DNA from: Planctomycetota bacterium
Lineage (GTDB): Bacteria; Planctomycetota; UBA11346
DNA: 64,000 nt
Direction of reading: 5' to 3'
Assembly (NCBI GenBank): GCA_038231435.1
Contig: JBBRLJ010000011.1
Location: 32,001 to 96,000 of the forward strand
A model generated the notes under the pieces. The model made no database searches and had not been told where the DNA came from. It was given only the letters and a program-made list of their open reading frames with translations. The position numbers and the translations under genes are program-made. Positions 54,459-62,812 of this stretch are shown here, piece by piece (the first letter of the stretch is position 1; every line of letters starts with the position of its first letter).

Positions 54459-56327
54459 TCACGTTGATGCCTTCTTGAGTCGTGCGTTCAGTCGTGCGTT
54501 CAGTCGTGATGACTTCTTCGGCGCGCTGGCATCCGGCGAGACGCCGACCAGCTCGTACGCGGCGGGCCTGGCCTGCGCCGCGCGCAGGAGCGCGGGATCG
54601 AACTTCGTGCGGCGGTCGAAATGGAAGAGGCCGTTCTCCTCCTGGAAGACGTCGGTGAGCTGCGTGTAGCAGTAGCCAAATACCTCGGGCGCGTCGAGCA
54701 GCGCGCCGCACAGCGTCTCGAAGCGTTCGATGAACTCGGCGACCGACTTCGGCCGCTCACCGTACCCCCACGACGCATCCCCAGCCTTGGCCTCTGGATT
54801 CCACCATGCGCCGCCGAACTCGCTGATGAAGAACGGCTGTCCGCGGTACGGGATGTTCAGGTCCGGCCAGACGTTTGGCTTTCCCTCCGCGAGCCCGGCG
54901 ATGTTCTCGCGCAGCTTCGCGGGATCCTGGTCGTAATAGTGCATGTCGTAGACATCGCTGTCCGGGACGCGGTGCGAGAAGCCCGAGATGTCGAGCACGG
55001 GCCGCGAACGGTCTGCCGACTTGGTGGCGAGATACATCGCCCGCACCAGATCGTCGACCGCGGTGATGCGCTCATCGTTTTTCTGCTTCTGCTCGTTCAG
55101 CGGGCACCAGCCGATGATCGATGGATGCGAATAGTCGCGCTCGACCGCCTCGAGCCATTGCGCGACGAAGGTGGAACCCGAGCGGTGATGCTCGTTCTGC
55201 CAGCCGGGCAGGTGCGCGCCCCAATCCCCGAACTCCCCCCAGCACAGGTAGCCGAGGCGGTCGGCGTGGTGCAGGAAGCGCTCCTCGAAGACCTTTTGGT
55301 GCAGGCGGGCACCGTTGAAACCGGCGGATTTCGCCAGCTCGATGTCACGGATCAACGCCGCGTCGCTGGGTGCGGTCATGAGTCCGTCCGGCCACCATCC
55401 CTGGTCGAGCACCAGGCGTTGAAACACGCGTTCGCCGTTGATGACCATGGCCCGGCCCTCGATGCGCACCGAGCGGAGCCCGGCGTAGCTATCGACGCGG
55501 TCGACCACCACGCCCTGCGCGTCGACGAGTTCGATGATCAGGTCGTAGAGGTGCGGATCGGCGGGCGACCACAGGCGGACGCGGCTTTCTGGGATGTCGA
55601 GCTCGAGCGCCGGCGCGAAATCGCCATCGGCCCTCACCGTGGCGGTGGCGACCACGCCCTTGGAGTCGCGTGCGGTCGCCCGCGCGCGCAGGCCGGTGGC
55701 ATCGCCGTTGATCGGGAGCTCGAGCCTGAAGCGGCTGGCGCCGACATCCGGCGTGATGCGCGGCCGGCGCAGATGCGTGCGGTTGACCGCCTCGAGCCAG
55801 ACCGTCTGCCAGATGCCGGTGGTGCGGGCATACAGGCAGCCGGAATTGCCGAACGCCTGCGACTGCTTGCCGCGCGCCTGCGGGGGGCGCCAATCGTCGC
55901 GGGCCCGCACCACGATCTCGGCGACTCCGCCGGGCTCGACGACGCCGCGCAGATCGCAGCTGAAGGGCGTGAAGCCGCCGCGGTGGCGCGCGACCTCGAT
56001 CCCGTTCACCCACACCGTCGCATCGTGGTCGACGGCCTGGAAGTGCAGCACCACGTCGCGACCCGCCCAGGCGCGCGGCACCTCGACAGAGCGACGGTAC
56101 CACACCGCCAGCACGCGGTCGACATGGCCGATGCCGGAGAGCGCGGACTCCGGGCAGAACGGCACGGTGATGCGCTCGGCGAGCGAGCGCTTGTCCATCC
56201 CGCGGTCGAGCCCGGTGTCGCCCGGGTCCATCTCGAACTGCCATTCCCCATTGAGCGAGAGCCAGCGCGAGCGCACGAACTGCGGGCGCGGATGCTCGGG
56301 ACGTGGGATGCTCGGTGACTTTGGCAT
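54459..56327 (-). CDS. Glycoside hydrolase family 2 (paralogue A)
   Basis: EHPRPQF, VPFCPES.LSG, TGIWQTVWLE, LDQGWWPDG, WCPLNE, SEFGG, GYCYTQLTDVFQEENG. Confidence 0.93.
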   Translation of the reverse strand: MPKSPSIPRPEHPRPQFVRSRWLSLNGEWQFEMDPGDTGLDRGMDKRSLAERITVPFCPESALSGIGHVDRVLAVWYRRSVEVPRAWAGRDVVLHFQAVDHDATVWVNGIEVARHRGGFTPFSCDLRGVVEPGGVAEIVVRARDDWRPPQARGKQSQAFGNSGCLYARTTGIWQTVWLEAVNRTHLRRPRITPDVGASRFRLELPINGDATGLRARATARDSKGVVATATVRADGDFAPALELDIPESRVRLWSPADPHLYDLIIELVDAQGVVVDRVDSYAGLRSVRIEGRAMVINGERVFQRLVLDQGWWPDGLMTAPSDAALIRDIELAKSAGFNGARLHQKVFEERFLHHADRLGYLCWGEFGDWGAHLPGWQNEHHRSGSTFVAQWLEAVERDYSHPSIIGWCPLNEQKQKNDERITAVDDLVRAMYLATKSADRSRPVLDISGFSHRVPDSDVYDMHYYDQDPAKLRENIAGLAEGKPNVWPDLNIPYRGQPFFISEFGGAWWNPEAKAGDASWGYGERPKSVAEFIERFETLCGALLDAPEVFGYCYTQLTDVFQEENGLFHFDRRTKFDPALLRAAQARPAAYELVGVSPDASAPKKSSRLNARLNARLKKAST

Positions 56328-56574
56328 TGGCGATCCTTTCGCTCTTCTAGGGTCCGTGTGAGAGATACCCCCGATGAATGATCAAGGGAATCGCTCAAAG
56401 ATTCCGAAACATTCGTAAGACTATCACACGCCCATGCGTGATCATTTCAGGGGATGCGCATGGCGGTTCACCCGCCGTACCCCCTCGCATCCAGCAATCA
56501 TCTGCCCTCCGAGCCTCCTGAATGCGCTGCGGTTGCAGTGGACAGCCACCACTGCGCCTCTAATTTCAGCGGCC

Positions 56575-57399
56575 ATGGCGTCCTGGGCGTTCGCGATCCG
56601 TGGTGAAGTGCCGCGCTGGGCCACCATCGTGCTCGGCCTGGTGCCGATAGCCCTGCTGCTGGGGCTGTGGTGGGGCATCACCCACGGCGAACCCGAGGAG
56701 CGGCGCGTCAGCCCCACCATCCTGCCCAGCCCGGGCGAGGTGTTCAGCTACCTGCCCCAGTTGCTGACCCACAAGGGCGAGAACAACCAGGGCAACTTCC
56801 TGTTCCACAACGTGTGGGCGAGCGGCAAGCGCGTCATCAAGGGCTTCCTGCTGGCCCTGGTCATCGTCATGCCGATCGGCATCGGCATGGGCGCCTTCGC
56901 CAGCATCCGTGCCACCTTCGGCTCGTTGATGACCGCGAGCGGCTATATTCCCATCGCCACCCTGGTGCCATTGACCATGTCGTGGTTCGGCACCGACGAG
57001 AAGCAGAAGGTCATCTTCCTGGCCATGGCCTTCGGCATCTACCTGCTGCCGCTGGTGGTGAAGGCCATCGATGGCGTGCCAGATGTGTTCCTGCGCACCG
57101 CCCAGACCCTCGGCGCCACCCGTGCGCAGATCGTCACCCGCGTGCTGGTACCCATCGCCATGCCCGACCTGTGGCATGCCATGCGCCTGGCCTTCGGTGT
57201 CGGCTGGACCTACATCGTGCTCACCGAGGCGTTGGTGCAGACCGACGGCCTCGGCTACCTGATCGAGATCGCGCGCCGCCGCGGCCCGCGCGAGCAGATC
57301 TACCTGGTGATCATGATCATCACCATCATCGCATGGTTCGCCGACCAGCTGTGGATGCGGATCGGCCGCTGGCTCTTCCCGTACCGGCAGGCGCGCTGA
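56575..57399 (+). CDS. ABC transporter permease, SsuC/TauC/NtrB type
   Basis: ILPSPGEV, IP.A.LVPL...WFG.DE.QK, AQTLGA EAA-loop, GLGYLI. Confidence 0.92.
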   Translation: MASWAFAIRGEVPRWATIVLGLVPIALLLGLWWGITHGEPEERRVSPTILPSPGEVFSYLPQLLTHKGENNQGNFLFHNVWASGKRVIKGFLLALVIVMPIGIGMGAFASIRATFGSLMTASGYIPIATLVPLTMSWFGTDEKQKVIFLAMAFGIYLLPLVVKAIDGVPDVFLRTAQTLGATRAQIVTRVLVPIAMPDLWHAMRLAFGVGWTYIVLTEALVQTDGLGYLIEIARRRGPREQIYLVIMIITIIAWFADQLWMRIGRWLFPYRQAR

Positions 57400-58286
57400 T
57401 GGCCGCCGCGATACCACCGCTTCATCCCACGCAGAGCGCGGCGCCGGCCACGGCCCCGCCGCCGATCGTCGAGTTCCGTAACGTCACCATGCGCTTCGGC
57501 GACTTCGTCGCCCTGCACGACGTGTCCTTCCGCATCGAGGACGTGCCCGATCGCGGCGAGTTCGTGACCATGCTCGGGCCCTCGGGCTGCGGCAAGAGCA
57601 CGGTGCTGAACCTCATCACCGGTTTCCTGCAGCCGAGTTCGGGTGAAGTACTGGTGCATGGCAAGCCGGTGGACGGCCCCACCCGCGACCGCGGCATGAT
57701 CTTCCAGCAGTACAGCTCGTTCCCCCACCTCACGGTACTCGACAACGTGCGCTTCGGCTTGGATCTCAACCGCCATGAGCTCAAGCTCGATGGCAAGATG
57801 CGCCACGAGCGCGCCATGGATCTGATCGGCCAGGTCGGCTTGGCCGGGCACGAGTCAAAGTACCCGCACCAGCTCTCGGGAGGTCAGCAGCAGCGTGTCG
57901 CGATCGCGCGATCACTCGCGCTCGAACCGCGCATCCTGCTGATGGACGAGCCGTTCTCGGCGCTCGATGAACCGACGCGCATCGAGATGCAGGAGCTGGT
58001 GGTGGGGCTGTGGAACCGCATCAAGCCGACGGTGTTCTGCGTCACCCACAGCATCACCGAAGCGGTGTACCTCGGCGAGCGGGTGTGGATCTTCGCGGCC
58101 AATCCCGGGCAGATCGTCTACGACATCCGCGATCCGATCCCGCCCTCGCCTGGCATCTCGCCGATGACCGCGCAGGAGCTGCCCGCGTTCAAGCAGGCGG
58201 CGAAGGTGGTGGGCGAGGCCTTCCGGCATGTCGCCGACAACCGCCGTCCGGCTGGCGGGCAGCCTGCCTCCGGGGGCGGGGGCTGA
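57399..58286 (+). CDS. ABC transporter ATP-binding protein, SsuB/TauB type
   Basis: GPSGCGKST, YPHQLSGGQQQRVAIAR, LMDEPFSALD, VTHSITEAV; TGATG coupling. Confidence 0.95.
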   Translation: MAAAIPPLHPTQSAAPATAPPPIVEFRNVTMRFGDFVALHDVSFRIEDVPDRGEFVTMLGPSGCGKSTVLNLITGFLQPSSGEVLVHGKPVDGPTRDRGMIFQQYSSFPHLTVLDNVRFGLDLNRHELKLDGKMRHERAMDLIGQVGLAGHESKYPHQLSGGQQQRVAIARSLALEPRILLMDEPFSALDEPTRIEMQELVVGLWNRIKPTVFCVTHSITEAVYLGERVWIFAANPGQIVYDIRDPIPPSPGISPMTAQELPAFKQAAKVVGEAFRHVADNRRPAGGQPASGGGG

Positions 58287-59155
58287 TGGCCTCGGCTCCC
58301 GGGCTGATGGATTACGTCTCGGCGGCGTTCAACGCGCGGCCAGTCGGGATGTTCGTGCCGCCGAACTGGGTCGGTGTCGCCGCCTTCGGCATGCTCGGTT
58401 TGATCAATCCCGGGCTATGGGTGGTCGGCGCGGGGCTCGAACTCGGCTACCTGTTCTGGCTGGTCCACGAACCCCGCTTCCGCCACATTGTCGAGGGCAG
58501 GGTGGTGGACGCCACCCAGCAGGAATGGCAATTGAAGATCGCGTCGCAGGTGTCGCGGCTGAGTCAGAAGAACCGCGGCAAGTATCAGAATCTCGAATCG
58601 CGCTGCCTCGCGATCATCGACCAGCAAGGCCAGGCAAATGCCGGAGCGTCGGGGCTCGACACCCAGGCCGACGGCCTGAGCCGCCTGCTGTGGATCTACC
58701 TGAGGCTGCTGCAGACCCGCGAATCGATCGCGCGCATCGACGATGGCGCGCCCAGCGCCGATGGCGAGCGCGAGCGTCTCGAGGAGCGCGCCCAGGCGCT
58801 GGCCAAGCAGCTGAAGGATGCGTCGTTGGCCGACGATCTGCGCAAGAGCCTCTCCGGCCAGCTCGACATCGTGCAGCAGCGCCTCGCGAAGCGTAAGGAA
58901 GCCGCGTCCAAGGGCGCGTTCGTCGAAGCCGAAATCCAACGCATCGAGGAGCAGGTCGAGCTGATCCGCGAACAGGCGATGCTCGCTTCCGATCCGCAGA
59001 GCGTGTCGCAGCGTATCGACGAGGTGGCCGCCACCCTGGGCGGCACCAGCGATTGGATCCGCGACCAGCAGCAGGTGTTCGGCCAGGTCGAGGACCTGAT
59101 CAGCGCGCCGCCGCCGCTGGTGAGCGCGAAGGTCCGCGAACGGCAGGCGAATTGA
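58286..59155 (+). CDS. Uncharacterised protein: two N-terminal TM helices plus long coiled coil
   Basis: 'PPNWVGVAAFGMLGLINPGLWVVGAGLELGYLFWL', then heptad-rich 'ERLEERAQALAKQL...EAEIQRIEEQVELIREQA'; TGATG coupling. Confidence 0.85.
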   Translation: MASAPGLMDYVSAAFNARPVGMFVPPNWVGVAAFGMLGLINPGLWVVGAGLELGYLFWLVHEPRFRHIVEGRVVDATQQEWQLKIASQVSRLSQKNRGKYQNLESRCLAIIDQQGQANAGASGLDTQADGLSRLLWIYLRLLQTRESIARIDDGAPSADGERERLEERAQALAKQLKDASLADDLRKSLSGQLDIVQQRLAKRKEAASKGAFVEAEIQRIEEQVELIREQAMLASDPQSVSQRIDEVAATLGGTSDWIRDQQQVFGQVEDLISAPPPLVSAKVRERQAN

Positions 59156-59248
59156 GATATCATTGCGATCCCTCTCCAGTGCCCCTTTCATCAGCACTCT
59201 CTTATCAGTGCCTCTTCTCACCGTGCCCATAGTGAATGAGCGAGCGAC

Positions 59249-59908
59249 ATGAGCATCATCGATCAGCTGCGCGCCGTCGGTGGCCGCCTCGGCATCCTGC
59301 AGATCGAGCAGCCGAAGACCGCCAAGACGCTGACCAAGGTGGTCACGCGTGTCCTCACCCTGGCCGAGCTCGAGAGCGAGGTCGCAGTCGCCGGTGGCGC
59401 GCTGCAGGCGCGCGAGCGCGCTGAGCTGACCAATGATTTCATGGGTATCTGCACCGCTGCCGGCGTCCTCGAGCCGAAGCACGGCTGGACCATCGAACGC
59501 CTCGAACACGAACTTCGCCAACCGACCTTCGCCGGGCTCCAGCGCGCCGCCGCCCAGGCCGCCATCCTCGAGAGTCTGCGCGCCGCCGGCGTCCCGGTCG
59601 AGGACGTGGTTCGCGACGCGGTCGCCCGCGACCAGGCCGTCGACGCGTATGCCGCCGGCATCCGCGAGCAGCTCGCGAGACGTGGCCGGGCCCGCGGCGA
59701 ACGCCGCGCCGCCATTGCCCAGGAGATCGCCCGCCTCACCGCCGAACGCGATCAGCTCGAGACCGCCCATGCCGCCGAGCGCGAACGCTGGCGCGCCTGG
59801 TGGGCCCTCAAGCACGAGAACGAGGTCGCCATGGCCTGGGCCCTGAGCCACCTCCTCGATCAGCCGCTGGTGTCGGTCGACTCGACCCCGCCATCGATCG
59901 ACAGCTGA
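59249..59908 (+). CDS. Uncharacterised coiled-coil protein
   Basis: 'HGWTIERL', 'DVVRDAVARDQAVDAY', coiled coil 'IAQEIARLTAERDQLE', 'W.AW...K..E'. Confidence 0.8.
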   Translation: MSIIDQLRAVGGRLGILQIEQPKTAKTLTKVVTRVLTLAELESEVAVAGGALQARERAELTNDFMGICTAAGVLEPKHGWTIERLEHELRQPTFAGLQRAAAQAAILESLRAAGVPVEDVVRDAVARDQAVDAYAAGIREQLARRGRARGERRAAIAQEIARLTAERDQLETAHAAERERWRAWWALKHENEVAMAWALSHLLDQPLVSVDSTPPSIDS

Positions 59909-60172
59909 GTGTTCTGGCGCCGTTCCGACGGGACGGATGGCTGGAGATAGGGTTCGGCGAGCGGACCACCGCCGATGACGACCTGGAGTGTTGCCCAGCC
60001 ACGCATTCGCCACGCATCCGCGCCCCGCGCCGAAGGCCTCCACGGGCCCCGGGCGCCAACTAACAGTTTGCACACCCGCCTCGCAGGCGAATAACATCAC
60101 CTCCCGCGGGAAACCGCGTATCGCACGGCGCCTGGCAATTCGCCGGGCGCCGGATCCTTCGAGGAGCGCATC

Positions 60173-61993
60173 ATGGCCGATGACAAATCAGCGGGCCTCA
60201 CCGGGCTTGGCAAATTCCTCTCCTTCATCGTCATCATCGGGCTGATCGGCCTCGGCGTCTGGATCTTCCAGCGCCAGGAGGCTGCGCACGCGCAGGGTGC
60301 GGCGAATCCAGCCACCGGTACGGCTACGACCACCGCGGGCGCGGCCACCGGCGGCGGCACCACTGCGGCTGCCGCGGGCGGAACCGCCGCCGCTGTCGCC
60401 GCGGGAACCGCCGGAGCGACTCCTGCGGGGGCCGGGCTCGAGGCTCCCGACGCCGGCAGCGTCACCACGGTGAAGGAATACAAGTTCGTGCCCGCGGAGA
60501 AGCTGCCGCCGGTGAAGGGCGTCAGCCAATACAAGTGGAACGAGGCCGACAAGGTCCTGCGCTTCACCTATAACGTCTGGTCGGGCTGGCTGCCGGTGGT
60601 GGCAGCCAACCACGGCACCAAGGCCAACACCGACAGCCTCTTCTTCAAGAAGCACGGCTTCAAGGTCGAGATGGTGCTGATGGACGACCCGGTCGCGGCG
60701 CGCGACGCTTACGCCTCGGGCGACGTGCACACCCTGTGGGGCACCGTCGACATGATGGTGCTGTTCGCCCCCGAGCTGGCCCGCGATTCGCGCACCGCGC
60801 CGCGCATCGTCCAGCAGCTCGACTGGTCCAACGGCGGCGACGGCATCGTCGTGCGCAAGGCGATCCGCACGGTCAAGGACCTCAAGGGCAAGACCGTCGC
60901 TCTCGCGCAGAATTCGCCCAGCGAGTACTACCTCACTTCGCTGCTGCTGTCGGCTGGCATGAAGCCCGCAGACATCAAGACCAAGTACACCGCCACCGCC
61001 TTCGAGGCCGCCGCGGCGTTCGTCAGCGATCCTTCGATCGACGCCACCGTCTCGTGGTCGCCAGACATCTACAACATCGTCGACCGCGTCGCCGACACCA
61101 AGATCCTCTCATCCACCGCCGATGCCAACAAGCTGATCGCCGACGTCTACGCGGTGCGCGCTGATTTCACCCGCGACCATCCGGATGTCGTCCAGGGCCT
61201 GGTCGAGGGCATCCTCGAAGGCATGGACGAGGTGAAGAAGAATCCCGAACAGGCGTGCGCCTGGATGGCCGACGCATTCGGCATGAAGCCCTCCGACGTC
61301 ATGGCGATGCGCAACGATGCGCACCCGACCAACGCCGCCGAGAACGCCCAGTTCTTCCTGAATTCGTCGAATCCGACCAACTTCGAACGCACCTGGAAGA
61401 GCGCGAGCTACGTCTACCGCGAGCTCGGTCGCATCAACGCCCCGGCGCTGTTCGATCAGGTGATGGACTTCACCTACATCCAGAAGGCCCAGGCCTCGGG
61501 CACCTTCAGCTCGCAGAAGGACGAGAGCGTGGCCACCTTCACGCCCTCGACCCCGAAGAAGGTCAGCGCCGAGGCCCCGATCCTCACCCAGACCATCCGC
61601 ATCAACTTCTATCCGAACTCGTCGAATCCCTTCGAGCCGGCGCGCGACGACGTGGGCATGGTCCAATCCGGCAAACTCTACGATCCGAACGTCACCTCGA
61701 CGCTCGAGCAGGTCGGTCGCCTGGCCGGCCAGTTCGCGCGCGCCACCATCCTGATCCAGGGCTTCACCGACGATAGCATGCGCGGCAAGGTTCCCGAGAA
61801 GGAAGTGAAGCTGCTGAGCACCGAGCGCGCCGAGGCGATCAAGCGCTCGCTCATCGACAAGTTCAAGTTCGACCCGAACAAGTTCGTCATCGAGGGCAAG
61901 GGCTGGGAAACCCCAGCCGACGCCTCGGACCCGCACAACAACTCGCTCAACCGGCGCGTCGAGATCAGCGTCTACCCCCCGGAAGAGAAGTAA
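60173..61993 (+). CDS. Membrane-anchored NMT1/SsuA-like substrate-binding protein fused to a C-terminal OmpA-like domain
   Basis: GAGGAG RBS; TM anchor; Ala/Thr/Gly linker; SBP motifs 'WSGWLP', 'DWSNGGDGIV', 'DLKGKTVA'; OmpA-like 'INF..NS...QGFTD...LSTERAEAIK...GKG...NRRVEI'. Confidence 0.9.
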   Translation: MADDKSAGLTGLGKFLSFIVIIGLIGLGVWIFQRQEAAHAQGAANPATGTATTTAGAATGGGTTAAAAGGTAAAVAAGTAGATPAGAGLEAPDAGSVTTVKEYKFVPAEKLPPVKGVSQYKWNEADKVLRFTYNVWSGWLPVVAANHGTKANTDSLFFKKHGFKVEMVLMDDPVAARDAYASGDVHTLWGTVDMMVLFAPELARDSRTAPRIVQQLDWSNGGDGIVVRKAIRTVKDLKGKTVALAQNSPSEYYLTSLLLSAGMKPADIKTKYTATAFEAAAAFVSDPSIDATVSWSPDIYNIVDRVADTKILSSTADANKLIADVYAVRADFTRDHPDVVQGLVEGILEGMDEVKKNPEQACAWMADAFGMKPSDVMAMRNDAHPTNAAENAQFFLNSSNPTNFERTWKSASYVYRELGRINAPALFDQVMDFTYIQKAQASGTFSSQKDESVATFTPSTPKKVSAEAPILTQTIRINFYPNSSNPFEPARDDVGMVQSGKLYDPNVTSTLEQVGRLAGQFARATILIQGFTDDSMRGKVPEKEVKLLSTERAEAIKRSLIDKFKFDPNKFVIEGKGWETPADASDPHNNSLNRRVEISVYPPEEK

Positions 61994-62049
61994 GCCTTCA
62001 CCGCATTAACAACCGGTACCGGACCATTCGACCTTCGATCGGAGCCACC

Positions 62050-62811
62050 ATGTTCAGCCGCATCGCCAACCTCTTCCGGGGATTCCTGGGACTCTTCGTC
62101 TCGGGTCTCGAGCGCCGCAATCCAGAGGCGCTGCTCGAGGTCGAGCAGGAGAACCTGCGCAAGCAGATCGCCCAGTACAACCAGGGCCTGGCCTCGCACG
62201 CGGGCATGTGCGAGCGGCTGATGTCCCAGGTGAAGAAGCTCGAGATCGAGGAGCGCGATCTGCGCGCCAAGACCGCCGCCAACCTCAAGGTCGGCAATCG
62301 CGCCGCCGCGGGCCAGTACGCCTTGCGCCTGCAGACGGTCACCCGCGAGCTCGACGAGAACCGCGCGCAGCTCGAGCAGGCCGAGACCACCTACAAGGAC
62401 CTGACCAAGGCCCGCGACATCGCCATCTCCACCGCCAAGTCCAAGCTCGAGAGCCTCAAGGGCGCGATCCAGGACATGAAGATGAAGAAGGCCATGGCCG
62501 AGATGAACGAGATGGCCTCGGGCATGATCTCGAACATCGGCGGCGCCGGCGACACGCTCAACCGCCTGCAGACCATGGTCGAGGACGAGCGCACCAAGGC
62601 GGCCGGCCGCGCGCGCGTCGCCAAGGACTCGATCAACATGAACGACGTCAACCTCAAGGAATCCGAGCAGTCGGCGCTCGCCGACCAGGCGCTCGCCGAT
62701 TTCGCCGCCAAAGAAGGCATGGCCTTCGAGGGCGGGCCGGCGGTGGGGACAGCGGCGCCTGCGGCGCAGAAGAGCATGGGTCCGGCCACCGGCGAGAGCG
62801 CGTCCACCTGA
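62050..62811 (+). CDS. PspA/IM30 (Vipp1/ESCRT-III superfamily) protein
   Basis: GGAG RBS; amphipathic N-terminal helix MFSRIANLFRGFL, 'LERRNPEALLE', long coiled coil with 'A.A.LK.G.RAAA..YA', 'DTLNRLQTMVEDE..KA.GRA', 'ALADF'. Confidence 0.9.
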   Translation: MFSRIANLFRGFLGLFVSGLERRNPEALLEVEQENLRKQIAQYNQGLASHAGMCERLMSQVKKLEIEERDLRAKTAANLKVGNRAAAGQYALRLQTVTRELDENRAQLEQAETTYKDLTKARDIAISTAKSKLESLKGAIQDMKMKKAMAEMNEMASGMISNIGGAGDTLNRLQTMVEDERTKAAGRARVAKDSINMNDVNLKESEQSALADQALADFAAKEGMAFEGGPAVGTAAPAAQKSMGPATGESAST

Positions 62812-62812
62812 C

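Noticed and set aside
52813..56318. Long plus-strand ORFs (618 and 565 aa) and similar antisense ORFs elsewhere (e.g. 13391-15064, 46448-48046, 62654-63967)
   Set aside because: Antisense shadows of well-supported genes, expected with high GC3; they carry no family motifs.
56575..58286. Plain ssu/tau/nitrate uptake operon
   Set aside because: No ssuD, tauD or nitrate reductase genes; the SBP is OmpA-fused and the operon continues into PspA and AAA genes.
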